This document shows positions 1-10,044 of a stretch of DNA of 64,000 bases, piece after piece. Position 1 is the stretch's first letter. Every line of letters begins with the position of its first letter. The stretch is taken from assembly GCA_937903345.1 (NCBI GenBank), contig CALCZQ010000061.1, positions 46,784 through 110,783 of the forward strand, given 5' to 3'. This DNA comes from an uncultured Emticicia sp. Lineage in GTDB: Bacteria > Bacteroidota > Bacteroidia > Cytophagales > Spirosomataceae. Made by a program: the position numbers and the translations under genes. The notes below the pieces were generated by a model, which worked only from the letters and a program-made list of their open reading frames with translations, did no database searches and was not told the DNA's origin.

Positions 1-1391
1 GCATACTCACCCTGAATCATACTTGCTGCAAATTCGTAAGGATTCATTTTACGAGGTTCTGAAAAAGACATAAAATAACGTGGAGAGTTATCTTCCCAAA
101 TAGTATTTATTAGACGAAATACCATGAAGAATTGTAGAGAAAAAATCCCGAAAATAGCAAATTTAAAAATTGATTTATTATTCCATAAATCTTTAATAAT
201 AAGTGAAATTAAAACTAAAGAAAAGCTATAGGAATAAGCCAAATATCGGGGCATAATTCGAAATGTATTCCCATCTTGATAAGCAAAAACAATCAAAGTC
301 AATAACGGAATAAATGATAACAAAAGAATTAAAACCCTTAGTCGAAATTGTTGTCTATCAAAGATTTTTAGAGATTGCTGTACAAAAACAAAAAAACCAA
401 AGAGTGCTGAGAGTATAATTAGAAGATATATCTTTTTATAAAAAATAGTCTGTGAAGGATAGCCATCAATCAACAAGAACATAGCAGAAATTACATGGCG
501 TAATTGCTTGAGGATATTTTTAAAATTAGTTACTTTCAGGTAATCATCAGGTGTTGTGAGAGCCATCTGATTGTATGTTTTTACGCTATTCGCCACGTAA
601 TCAAACAACCATCTTCCTCCATCGCAGTTTAGCCACAACAACACGCCTATTAATGGAATAATTGCGGCAAGTGTAAAACCAAAATATCCTCTTTTTTTTC
701 TAAAACAAAGAATAACAAATAGTGCATGAATAACGAATAGAGGAAAAGTAGCAAAATGGCAAAGTTCACAGATTAAAGCACAACAACCATAGAAAACATA
801 TTTCCAGACGGGCTTTAGACTATATTCCTCTTCTTGAATAATTTTTAAAAATAAGTGTGTAGCTAACAAGGCAAAAAACAAGTTGATACTATAATTGCGT
901 GCTACTTGCGAGTAATTAATATAAAACGGAGAAACTGAAGCGAGAAATGCTGCCAATAAAGCTAAATTCGGCGAACGAAAATGCTCTTTTACAAAAACAA
1001 ATAATAAAACAATAGTAAAGAGATTAAATATCAAAGAAGGCAAACGCAAACTTTTATCCGAAACCCCAAATAAATTCGTCCAATAATGTAAGGAATAAGT
1101 ATAGAATGCTCCATTGCCAGTATCTAATCGTGCTATAGAATCGAAAAAGTCTGGCAATGACTTTTCTGACCAAAATTCTTTCGGTGTAAAATACTTATCA
1201 TTAGGTTTCCTAACCGAATCGTGTTGGTTATTTCCTTCATAGGTTACAAACTGGCTCACAAATAATGAATACTTTTCATCACCAGCCAAACCGTGTTCGC
1301 CAATTTTGTAATATCTCAAACCAAAAGCTAAAACTATGATTCCGAAAAGAATAAAGTTGGCATTTTTCTTCAAAAAAAGCTGTATTCGCAT
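1..1391 (-). CDS. GT-C fold membrane glycosyltransferase (GT39/PMT_2, ArnT-like), partial; runs off the window edge
   Basis: Not in ORF track because no stop lies in the window. Hand translation from ATG 1391: MRIQLFLKKNANFILFGIIVLAFGLRYYKIGEHGLAGDEKYS...SLRLPSLIF...YSQVARNYS. It has many hydrophobic helices and a DE motif after the first TM, typical of GT-C enzymes. Confidence 0.7.
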   Translation of the reverse strand, partial: MRIQLFLKKNANFILFGIIVLAFGLRYYKIGEHGLAGDEKYSLFVSQFVTYEGNNQHDSVRKPNDKYFTPKEFWSEKSLPDFFDSIARLDTGNGAFYTYSLHYWTNLFGVSDKSLRLPSLIFNLFTIVLLFVFVKEHFRSPNLALLAAFLASVSPFYINYSQVARNYSINLFFALLATHLFLKIIQEEEYSLKPVWKYVFYGCCALICELCHFATFPLFVIHALFVILCFRKKRGYFGFTLAAIIPLIGVLLWLNCDGGRWLFDYVANSVKTYNQMALTTPDDYLKVTNFKNILKQLRHVISAMFLLIDGYPSQTIFYKKIYLLIILSALFGFFVFVQQSLKIFDRQQFRLRVLILLLSFIPLLTLIVFAYQDGNTFRIMPRYLAYSYSFSLVLISLIIKDLWNNKSIFKFAIFGIFSLQFFMVFRLINTIWEDNSPRYFMSFSEPRKMNPYEFAASMIQGEY

Positions 1392-1395
1392 CAAT

Positions 1396-2049
1396 TTAAC
1401 TATTTTTTAAATCTAAAATCGTCTGTATTGGATTTTCCGAACTAAACACAAAACTACCTGCTACAAGAGCATTCGCACCTGCTTCAACGAGTTGTTTGGC
1501 ATTTTTAGAAGTTACGCCACCATCAATTTCAATCATTATAGTGGCTGACATTTGACGTACTTTACGCACTTTTTCATACGTATGTTCAATAAACTTTTGT
1601 CCTCCGAAGCCTGGATTTACTGACATAATCAATACCATATCAATATCATGGATAATATCTTCAAGCACATTAACTGGAGTGTGCGGGTTAAGTGCCACCC
1701 CAGCTTTACAACCTAAATCCTTAATTAGCTGAATTGTGCGGTGCAAATGTGGACAAGCTTCATAATGAACTGTGATGATTTCAGCACCCAATTTCTTAAA
1801 TGTTTCTACATATCTTTCAGGTTGAACAATCATCAAATGCACATCGAGTGGCTTTTTGGCGTGGCGTTGGATTGCCTCTAAAACTGGCATTCCGAAAGAA
1901 ATATTTGGCACAAAAACACCGTCCATAATATCAATATGAAACCAATCCGCTTGCGATACATTGAGCATTTCACAGTCGCGTTGGAGATTTGCAAAATCGG
2001 CTGCTAAAACAGAAGGAGCTATAATTGCTCCACTTTGAATAGAACTCAT
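1396..2049 (-). CDS. rpe: Ribulose-phosphate 3-epimerase
   Basis: IAPSVLAADF, HIDIMDGVFVPN, DVHLM, MSVNPGFGGQKF and IEIDGG motifs. Start reassigned to ATG 2049 (MSSIQSGAIIAPS). Confidence 0.96.
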   Translation of the reverse strand: MSSIQSGAIIAPSVLAADFANLQRDCEMLNVSQADWFHIDIMDGVFVPNISFGMPVLEAIQRHAKKPLDVHLMIVQPERYVETFKKLGAEIITVHYEACPHLHRTIQLIKDLGCKAGVALNPHTPVNVLEDIIHDIDMVLIMSVNPGFGGQKFIEHTYEKVRKVRQMSATIMIEIDGGVTSKNAKQLVEAGANALVAGSFVFSSENPIQTILDLKNS

Positions 2050-2151
2050 ACTTTTTTGAATATTTTTTTGCAAAGTTAGGGCTAAGTAATGATGAATTAT
2101 TAATGATGTAGGATAAATTTTATAAAACATTGACTATCAATACATCACAAC

Positions 2152-2188
2152 AAAAAAGTCTGCGTAATTAAAATACGCAGACTTTCAA
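2152..2188 (-). terminator. Intrinsic terminator after clpP
   Basis: Perfect 12-bp stem AAAGTCTGCGTA / TACGCAGACTTT, followed by a U tract on the minus strand. Confidence 0.8.
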
Positions 2189-2230
2189 GAATAAAACTAT
2201 CGACCCTAAAATTCCAACTATTGACTTTTC

Positions 2231-2905
2231 TTATTTATCACGATACAAAACCTCGTCAATCAAACCATAAGTTTTTGCTTCTTCGGCTTTCATCCAGTAG
2301 TCACGGTCAGAGTCTTGCTCGATTTGCTCAATAGATTTTCCTGTGTGATTTGCCAAGATTTCGTATAATTCATGTCGTAATTTAATGATTTCTTTTACAG
2401 TAATCTCCATATCACGCGATTGTCCTTGAGCTCCACCACTTGGCTGATGAATCATAACCCGAGCATGTGGCAATGCCGAACGCTTCCCTGCAGCACCGCC
2501 TGCCAACAATACAGCTCCCATTGAAGCGGCCAATGAGGTACAGATTGTAGCCACATCGGGGCGAACATATTGCATTGTATCGTACATACCCAAACCTGCA
2601 TAAACAGACCCTCCTGGGCTATTGATGTACATCAAAACGTCTTTTTTGGCATCAACTGATTCTAAGAAAAGTAATTGTGCTACTACTACGTTTGCTACGT
2701 AATCATCAACACCTGTTCCTAAGAAAATGATACGGTCCATAATCAAACGAGAGAAAACGTCGATAGCGGCAAAACGCATCGGACGTTCTTCGATGATGTT
2801 TGGAGTCATGTTCTGAACGTTGTGTTTCATATAATCATCAATTCCTAAACCACTCATGCCCATGTGATTCACGGCATACTTACGAAATTCTTCTCCAAAA
2901 TGCAT
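2231..2905 (-). CDS. clpP: ATP-dependent Clp protease proteolytic subunit
   Basis: [30 protein letters not shown] (catalytic Ser), MIHQP (catalytic His) and RDYWM. Confidence 0.97.
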   Translation of the reverse strand: MHFGEEFRKYAVNHMGMSGLGIDDYMKHNVQNMTPNIIEERPMRFAAIDVFSRLIMDRIIFLGTGVDDYVANVVVAQLLFLESVDAKKDVLMYINSPGGSVYAGLGMYDTMQYVRPDVATICTSLAASMGAVLLAGGAAGKRSALPHARVMIHQPSGGAQGQSRDMEITVKEIIKLRHELYEILANHTGKSIEQIEQDSDRDYWMKAEEAKTYGLIDEVLYRDK

Positions 2906-2913
2906 ATTATTTC

Positions 2914-2941
2914 AATTAACAGTTATCAATTATCAGTTTTG
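2914..2941. repeat. 7-bp periodic degenerate repeat
   Basis: aattaac/agttatc/aattatc/agttttg immediately upstream of clpP. Confidence 0.45.
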
Positions 2942-3103
2942 ACTGATGTATATTTAAATTTAAAACAGAACGTTTACTTGCAAAGTTCAAAATAAGAACT
3001 TTCTATAAATACGTTTTGTTCGATACAAAGATGTTAATTCTTTTAGAAATTTGTAGTCAGAATTTCAGATATTTTCTCAGAAAAAGCGATATTTAGTAAT
3101 CCA

Positions 3104-3131
3104 CAGTTGGCAGTCAACAGTCAACAGTTTT
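3104..3131. repeat. 7-bp periodic repeat
   Basis: cagttgg/cagtcaa/cagtcaa/cagtttt. Confidence 0.55.
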
Positions 3132-3163
3132 ATAAAGCTCTTATATATAGACACTTAGCGTTT

Positions 3164-3531
3164 ATAAATACAGGTAATAAAATTAGAAAAATTAGGCTTG
3201 ATAAGGGTTTTTCGTAAGCAAACATGGCTAATATGTTGGGAATTTCAACTACCGCCTACGGTGACATTGAACGAAACAAAACAGAATTGAAGATTTCAAG
3301 CGTTACCGAAATTTCCAGAACTTTGAACGAAAGAATTGTTGACTAATTGGATATTGAGCTTTACCCTGTTGATTTTTCGCTTGAAAAACTTCAACTTGAA
3401 AACAATAAACTTAAAGCTGAAGTTGAAAAATGGCAATTGATGACCACCTTTTGCCACGAAAAATACGAAAATCGTTTTACCTGATGAAAGTAATTACAGA
3501 AGAACCTGAACGCAGAAAAATTGGGTTTTAA
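3164..3531 (+). pseudogene. Decayed XRE/HTH_3-family transcriptional regulator
   Basis: Reads (I)NTGNKIRKIRLDKGFS*ANMANMLGISTTAYGDIERNKTEL...RIVD*LDIEL...LEKLQLENNKLKAEVEKWQ...[fs]...KVITEEPERRKIGF*. In-frame TAA at 3215 and 3344, a frameshift near 3470, and ATA where ATG is expected. Confidence 0.75.
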
Positions 3532-3646
3532 TTTTGTAGGATAGGTTTTCAATCTGTCATTCGTCACTTATTTCAATACTTCTGCAACATTTTTGAGATT
3601 TGTGTAAATTCAGAGCATAGATTTGTTGAAAAATTATGAAAAAACT

Positions 3647-5224
3647 ATGCAATCATTACAAAAAATCAGAGGTTACGAATTTATTCTTATTGCCTTCTCC
3701 ACAGTTATCTACGTTGTCCGCCGACTTTTTCAGGAAGCAAGCAGATTTGATTCGATGGTTACAACTGCCGAATTAAACAAAGTACCTTCCAACATAATTT
3801 GGGGAAGCCTTCGAGCTTATGACCACGTAGGAAACAATAATTTCCCGACAATCGTGGCGGCTTCGCTGTTTTTGATGGCATGGCTATTTTTTCATTATTT
3901 AATTTTTCCGAGATTACAAGAAAAAAAGTTTGATAGCACAACTTTTACTTTCATTGTAATCGTCATCATTTTGTGTATTTCGAGTGTTCAGATTTTTGAA
4001 TATTTGAAACTTTATATTCGCTACAAACATGACAGTCACGAAAACATTATTGGCTTAAAAGTTTATTCTCAATACCGTAAATTACTGGTCGTTACAAATA
4101 GTATTGCGGTATTCATCATTATCTTGTTTTATGAGGCTTTTTCTCAGTTTTACTATTATATTCATCAAAAACTAAAAGACGAAAAAGAGGCAAATTTTCA
4201 ATATTTAGACTATTTTTTGATAGCAACTATCAGTATAACCATGATATTTATTGCTCTTTTTGGCAATATTCCACGAAAAGATTATTGGTATGGAGCAGTC
4301 AGAGATTTATCCTTCATATCTATTTGTGCTATGACGGTTTACTTAGCCCAAGATGCATTTTACAAGAGAGTTCTCCCCTATTTTTCATCAATAAAATCAA
4401 AAGAATTTCAGAAAGGAATAATTTACTTTTTGTTTATCAACCTGCTTGGTGCGATTAGTGGATATTTTATTCAATTGCTAAGTTGGTTGTCTTTTAGATA
4501 CGTCAGTCTCGGATTTTATAGTGAGTGGATTTTCCAGATATTTATTTTATTTGTCTTCGTTTCTACGGTTATTGGGTTTCTTAGGAAAGTATTTAGCAAA
4601 GAAAAAATACAATTACAGACACAAATCGTCTCAAAATCAGCCGAGTTATTAAACCTTCGCTCGCAGATAAATCCACATTTTTTGTTTAATGCCTTAAACA
4701 CACTTTATTCAGTTTCGTTGAAAGAAAATGCCGAAAAAACCTCCGATGGTATTCAAAAGTTGGGCGATATGATGCGTTTTATGCTCAATGAAAACCACCA
4801 AGACCGCATTCCGTTGAGTAAAGAAATTGAGTATTTGCACAATTACATTGATATTCAAAGGATGAGAATTGATGAAAACCACAACATCGAAATCAAGGTA
4901 AATATCCAAAACTCAGAGCGAGAAATTTTTATTTCGCCAATGCTGCTCAATCCATTCGTAGAAAATGCCTTCAAACACGGTATAAGTTTCCGAAATCCTT
5001 CGTGGATATACATTACGCTTACCCATGATGCCCAGAAACTGTATTTTAAAGTACATAATAGTTTACATCCAAAACAAGAAAATTCACCCGAACAAGATAA
5101 CAATGGTATTGGTTTGGAGAACGTAAAAAAACGTCTGGAATTGATTTATCCAAATCGCCATACGCTTGATATTCAAGCATCTGACAATGATTATTTTGTA
5201 TCTTTGATTATCGGAATTTACTAA
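3647..5224 (+). CDS. LytS/YehU-family membrane sensor histidine kinase
   Basis: About 9 TM helices, then LRSQINPHFLFNALNTLY (His_kinase), LLNPFVENAFKHG and GIGLENVKKRLELIYP. ATG 3647 preferred over TTG 3623. Confidence 0.92.
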   Translation: MQSLQKIRGYEFILIAFSTVIYVVRRLFQEASRFDSMVTTAELNKVPSNIIWGSLRAYDHVGNNNFPTIVAASLFLMAWLFFHYLIFPRLQEKKFDSTTFTFIVIVIILCISSVQIFEYLKLYIRYKHDSHENIIGLKVYSQYRKLLVVTNSIAVFIIILFYEAFSQFYYYIHQKLKDEKEANFQYLDYFLIATISITMIFIALFGNIPRKDYWYGAVRDLSFISICAMTVYLAQDAFYKRVLPYFSSIKSKEFQKGIIYFLFINLLGAISGYFIQLLSWLSFRYVSLGFYSEWIFQIFILFVFVSTVIGFLRKVFSKEKIQLQTQIVSKSAELLNLRSQINPHFLFNALNTLYSVSLKENAEKTSDGIQKLGDMMRFMLNENHQDRIPLSKEIEYLHNYIDIQRMRIDENHNIEIKVNIQNSEREIFISPMLLNPFVENAFKHGISFRNPSWIYITLTHDAQKLYFKVHNSLHPKQENSPEQDNNGIGLENVKKRLELIYPNRHTLDIQASDNDYFVSLIIGIY

Positions 5225-5275
5225 AAAAGGTCTGTACCGAAGATTACGCACCTCGGATCTGACCATCAAGCAAAT

Positions 5276-5968
5276 ATGACATTAAACGCCATTGCCATCG
5301 ACGACGAACCGAGAGCTTTAGAAGTAATAGAAATTCACGCACAGAAAGTACCATTTCTTGAACTAAAAGCGACTTTCACGGATGCTTTCGAGGCGATTCC
5401 ATTTTTGCAGCAAAACAAAGTTAATTTAATTTTTCTGGATATAAAAATGCCAGACATTTCGGGTATTGAGTTTGTGCAAATACTACAAAAAAAGCCGATG
5501 ATTATCTTTACAACGGCCTATTCTGAATATGCAGTAAAAGGATTTGAACTCGATGCCGTTGATTATTTGATGAAACCTTTTTCACTCGCCAGATTTACAA
5601 AAGCTTGCAATAAAGCACTCGAAATAAAGCTTTCAAGAAGTGAAAAAACGCATAATTTTATCTTTCTAAAAACAGGCTACGAAGAAGAAAAAGTATTACT
5701 CGATGATATTCTTTATATTGAAGCCGAAGGCAATTATATGGCTTATGTTTTGAAAAATAAAAAATTATTATGCCGACAAAATATTGGGGAATGTATTAGC
5801 CAATTACCTACTAATCAATTCATTAGAATCCATCGCTCGTATATTGTGGCATTGAATAAGATTCAAAAAATTACCCGCCATTCGGTTTGGGTGGCGGGTA
5901 GTGAAATAACAGTTGGAGCTTCTTATGAAGATAAACTCGGTGAGATTCGAGAGCGATTGAAGCTTTAA
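5276..5968 (+). CDS. LytTR-family response regulator
   Basis: Receiver domain (IDDEP, FLDIKMP, FTTAYSEYAVKGFELDAVDYLMKPF) plus LytTR domain (FIRIHRSYIV). Cognate of the upstream kinase. Confidence 0.95.
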   Translation: MTLNAIAIDDEPRALEVIEIHAQKVPFLELKATFTDAFEAIPFLQQNKVNLIFLDIKMPDISGIEFVQILQKKPMIIFTTAYSEYAVKGFELDAVDYLMKPFSLARFTKACNKALEIKLSRSEKTHNFIFLKTGYEEEKVLLDDILYIEAEGNYMAYVLKNKKLLCRQNIGECISQLPTNQFIRIHRSYIVALNKIQKITRHSVWVAGSEITVGASYEDKLGEIRERLKL

Positions 5969-6001
5969 ATCTTACATTGCACTAATCGATTAATAGTTCG
6001 C

Positions 6002-7189
6002 TTATTTCCCTTTTTTCTTCAAATTATTTTCTAACAAAAACACGCCATTTTTACTGACAATAACGATGTCGAACTTGCCATCTTTGTTCATATCAGCAAC
6101 CGTTAAGTTCAGCCCTGAACCTGAATCGCTATCAATGATATGTTCAGTCCAATAAGGCTGCTTTTTAGAATCAAACTCAAAATACATCAAAATTGGAGCA
6201 TCGGCATCGCCATTATCTCGACCATTATGAGCCAAATAACGTTTGCCAGTTATGTATTCTTTTTTCCCGTCACCATTCAAATCAGCCATTATTGATGCGT
6301 GCGTTTGGGAGGTGGTTGTGCTTATTGTGTGAGTTTTAAAATCTATTTTTCCATTTTCGTTGATTTGCTCATAATACCAAACTCCCAATGCGTGTGCTGA
6401 TGCCGCCACTACATCATTTTTACCATCGCCATTTACGTCAAAAACTTGCATATGAGAGCATGCATCACCCAAATTTGCAGGATGAAACTCCCAATTCCCA
6501 CCGTTGAGGTCTTTTGTACCTTGATACCAGCCTTCTCGAATAACCACATCTTTTATTCCATCGTGATTAATATCACCATAGCCAATTCCGTGTGAAAACA
6601 TTTCTGTTCCTGCTACTTTTTCTTTTGTCAAATTAAATCTTTTCCACACTGTTTCTCCTTTTTTACTTGGCGATTTTAGCCAAACAATTTGTTTTTTGGC
6701 TTTATCTCCACACAAAATATCCAACCTTCCATCGCCATCAATATCAACAAAGTTGGGTGATTCGTTGGCTATACCTACCGAATCAGCAATAATATGTTTT
6801 TTCCATTCACTTACTTGGTTTTTTTGGGGATTTTCAAACCAAAAAGCCGGTTTTCCTGGATAATCAATAATCACAACGTCGTCCCAGCCATCAAGATTGA
6901 CATCCATTCCAAAGTTAAGAAATGAATTACTGTATTCTTCACGAGGCTTAAAAACTCTTGAAGGAGCCATTTGGTGACGAGTCCAGTGTGGGGCTTCAAA
7001 CCAATAATAACCTGCCACAATATCAAGTTTTCCATCTTTGTTCAAATCAGCCACTGCTCCACCCTCTGATAAAAAATCTCTTGAAAGTATTGTTTTTTTG
7101 AAATCTTGAGCAAACGTAGATAGAGATATTAAACCAATTATGCAACCGCAAAGACCAAATTGTAGGTATGTTTTAAAATAATTTTTCAT
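6002..7189 (-). CDS. Secreted FG-GAP/VCBS-repeat beta-propeller protein
   Basis: Signal peptide (MKNYFKTYLQFGLCGCIIGLISLSTFA-QD) and repeated Ca-binding DxNxDGxxD motifs. ATG 7189 preferred. Confidence 0.85.
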   Translation of the reverse strand: MKNYFKTYLQFGLCGCIIGLISLSTFAQDFKKTILSRDFLSEGGAVADLNKDGKLDIVAGYYWFEAPHWTRHQMAPSRVFKPREEYSNSFLNFGMDVNLDGWDDVVIIDYPGKPAFWFENPQKNQVSEWKKHIIADSVGIANESPNFVDIDGDGRLDILCGDKAKKQIVWLKSPSKKGETVWKRFNLTKEKVAGTEMFSHGIGYGDINHDGIKDVVIREGWYQGTKDLNGGNWEFHPANLGDACSHMQVFDVNGDGKNDVVAASAHALGVWYYEQINENGKIDFKTHTISTTTSQTHASIMADLNGDGKKEYITGKRYLAHNGRDNGDADAPILMYFEFDSKKQPYWTEHIIDSDSGSGLNLTVADMNKDGKFDIVIVSKNGVFLLENNLKKKGK

Positions 7190-7214
7190 TTTATTTGTAA
7201 GTCTAAAATAAGAA

Positions 7215-9977
7215 TTAATGTTTATAAATATGACTTCCACTATCGTTAGTTGAGTTATTGCCGGTTCTTTTTTTCATGTACTCCAAAAACTTAGGAATCG
7301 GACTTTTTTCTGCCATTTGAATCGCTCTTTTGGCATCGACATCAGCTAAAGGCTCCGCAGCATACCAAATCATCAAGGGTAAATTATGATCAGAAATGTC
7401 TTCAGTTTTCTGAGCGAGAGCTTCTACTACATCCCAACGCTCATTTGGCTCAATCCTTTGCATGGCTGATGCCAAATATAGCCGCACCAAAGCTGATTTA
7501 TCGTTTTTAGCCATTACACCAAACTGTTTTAAAACATCAGAAGAAATGGATTTATTTTCGGCCAAAAACTGAATCGCCCAGCTTCTTATATACTCACTTT
7601 GGTTTGAAAGTAAATCAATTAATTCTTTCTCCGAAAAACCATTAGTTACATAAAGTGTCCACAATGCCCTCAGTTTACGGCTAATATCTGGATTTGTATT
7701 CAGAATGACTTTTAGTGCATCATGCACTTGCTTATTTCCACCTCTTTCTTGCAAAATTGTCCTTGCCTGACGCACATACCATTCATTCGGATTTAACTGA
7801 TAATTAACCAATTCTAAGTCAGTTGCTTTGCGTAAATCGGCTTGTACCCATTTATCGGTTTCATAGCTAATCTTAAAAATTCGGCCCATAGTTTTATCGT
7901 GCACATCTGGATTTGAACTATGGCATTGGTTTTTATCATACCAGTCAATTGCAAAAACTGACCCACTTGGGTCATATTTGAAATTGAGCCACTGCGACCA
8001 GCTATCATTCATGGGCATAAAATCTTTTTTGTGCTTACCTACATAGCCTGAGCCTTCACGGGTCAGTTCATCAATATTTAATCTCGCACCATTAATATTA
8101 TTCATAAAAATATTATTGTGGTATTCTTTTGGCCAATTATTTCCACCCAAATATATCATTGCTCCTGCGTGGGCGTGTCCACCACCAGCAGCTGCAGAGC
8201 GAAAATTTCCCGCATGTGGCCCACGGTTACCTAAATAATGTGCATGGTCGGCAATGGTTTTAATGTCATCATATATATATGGATTAAAATGCTTACCCCC
8301 CTGACGTACAAAACGACCACCTTGAATCATGTGGTATAAATGAGGAATAACACAGGCCGTAATAAAAGCGTGGCCATAGTCATTAAAATCCAAGCCCCAC
8401 GGATTACTTGTTCCTTCGGCAAATAACTCGAAAATGTGCTTTGTAGGGTGGTATCGCCAAATACCCGCATTGAGTTTAATGCGTTGGTCGTCGGGTGTTC
8501 CAGGTTTACCAACTTTTGAATGTGTAAATACACCATGCGTGCCATAAAGCCAACCATCTGGACCCCAGCGTAGGCTATTGAGAGTTTCGTGCGTATCTTG
8601 TGTTCCCCACCCATCTAATAGTTTTTGAGGCTCACCAGTTGGCTTATCAGTATTAAAATCAGTCGGAATATACAATAAATAAGGAGCAGCACCAACCCAA
8701 ACACCACCCATACCGACTTCTATACCACTAACAAGGCTTAGTCCTTCAATAAAAACTTTACGGCTATCGAGTGTTCCATCCCCGTTTGTGTCCTCAAAAA
8801 TCAAGATTCTATCACGTCCTTGTCCTTCGGGAGCAGGTACTGGATAAGTATGTCCCTCAACTACCCAAAGTCTTCCACGCCAATCAATAGTAAAAGCGAT
8901 TGGACGTATAATATCTGGTTCGGCTGCTGCCAGTGTAATCTTGAAACCTTTGGGTGGTGTCATGGCTTTTGCGGCCTCAATTCCTGAAAGCCCAGCATTT
9001 ATTACAGGGTCGAGTGGTGGTAAAACTATAATATCTTTTTGAAACAATTCGTTTTGGAAATCTGGTCGTGAGGGATAAAACAAGAAATTATCAAAATTGA
9101 TATGGGCCAATTTATCGTTCGGGATGTATGGTATCTGCGAAATACCACTTTCTTTATCTATGATTCTGATAAAGATAATTTTATTGAGGTATTTTCTTAA
9201 ATCAACCACTACTGGCTGAAGATTGGCTCTCCCTTGCCCAGTTGACTGAAAAATAACCTTTTTTGTATTGGCTAAAACAATTTCTACACGAGTATCTTGC
9301 AAAGCCCCACCCGATACCATAAACGATGCATAAGGCTGAGTTACAGCGAAAGGCACAGACGTCAAAGTGCCTGTAAGTTTATAATTCACAGTTCCACCAG
9401 AACTAAGGAAGTTTTTGCCTTCAAAGCCAATCGTCATATCTTTATCATGAATAGGAGAAGGGTCGGCACTAATAACTGGACTTGTAAAAGCATCTCCGGT
9501 AGCAATCCAATCATGTATATCTCCAGTTTCAAAGTTAAGATTGAGGGGTCTGCCGTTTTTCAAAGGCAATTTACCGACTACAATTTTTTCAATTATTTCT
9601 CCCTCTACAACTTCCAATTTCCCAACCATACCTGCGGCACGATGTCCAGGAACAGTACAATAGTATGTATCGTTTTTATTGGCCACAAAAGTGAGACTCG
9701 ACTTTGAACCTTTTTCAGAAATTGCACCACTTTTAATGCCTAATTTCTCTAAGGCAATATCGTGGGTCATCACTTCTCCGTTGACAATATTGATTCTTAC
9801 TCTAGTTCCTTTTTTTACTTTTAACGTAGGATTTCTTGTGCCATTCTTAAAGAAATAGCCCAACATAGTGGCCTCGAGCGTAAATTCTTTGTCGATTTTT
9901 ATTGTGTCTTGGGCATAGACAGAAGGGAGAATAGTCACCCCCAAAAGCAGTAGCAAGATTAAACGTGATTTATACAT
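7215..9977 (-). CDS. Secreted PVC-type 'membrane-bound dehydrogenase' beta-propeller protein with N-terminal cupredoxin domain and HEAT-like repeats
   Basis: Signal peptide; type-1 Cu motif THD...YYCTVPGHRAAGM; beta-sandwich (NFETG...GTLTSVPF...SFMVSGG); PVC propeller motifs GFKITLAAAEPDIIRPIAFTIDWRGRLWVVE, HETLNSLRWGPDGWLYG and EGTSNPWGLDFNDYG. No CxxCH. Confidence 0.8.
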   Translation of the reverse strand: MYKSRLILLLLLGVTILPSVYAQDTIKIDKEFTLEATMLGYFFKNGTRNPTLKVKKGTRVRINIVNGEVMTHDIALEKLGIKSGAISEKGSKSSLTFVANKNDTYYCTVPGHRAAGMVGKLEVVEGEIIEKIVVGKLPLKNGRPLNLNFETGDIHDWIATGDAFTSPVISADPSPIHDKDMTIGFEGKNFLSSGGTVNYKLTGTLTSVPFAVTQPYASFMVSGGALQDTRVEIVLANTKKVIFQSTGQGRANLQPVVVDLRKYLNKIIFIRIIDKESGISQIPYIPNDKLAHINFDNFLFYPSRPDFQNELFQKDIIVLPPLDPVINAGLSGIEAAKAMTPPKGFKITLAAAEPDIIRPIAFTIDWRGRLWVVEGHTYPVPAPEGQGRDRILIFEDTNGDGTLDSRKVFIEGLSLVSGIEVGMGGVWVGAAPYLLYIPTDFNTDKPTGEPQKLLDGWGTQDTHETLNSLRWGPDGWLYGTHGVFTHSKVGKPGTPDDQRIKLNAGIWRYHPTKHIFELFAEGTSNPWGLDFNDYGHAFITACVIPHLYHMIQGGRFVRQGGKHFNPYIYDDIKTIADHAHYLGNRGPHAGNFRSAAAGGGHAHAGAMIYLGGNNWPKEYHNNIFMNNINGARLNIDELTREGSGYVGKHKKDFMPMNDSWSQWLNFKYDPSGSVFAIDWYDKNQCHSSNPDVHDKTMGRIFKISYETDKWVQADLRKATDLELVNYQLNPNEWYVRQARTILQERGGNKQVHDALKVILNTNPDISRKLRALWTLYVTNGFSEKELIDLLSNQSEYIRSWAIQFLAENKSISSDVLKQFGVMAKNDKSALVRLYLASAMQRIEPNERWDVVEALAQKTEDISDHNLPLMIWYAAEPLADVDAKRAIQMAEKSPIPKFLEYMKKRTGNNSTNDSGSHIYKH

Positions 9978-10044
9978 AGGTATGGTTTTAGGGTTAAGTA
10001 TAGAATTATCATGGCTATCTATGGCTTAGCTCAGGTAACCGTGA

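Noticed and set aside
5229-5264. Hairpin between the kinase and regulator genes (GGTC..CCGA / TCGG..GACC)
   Set aside because: The stem has three mismatches in its centre and no U tract. Too degenerate to call.
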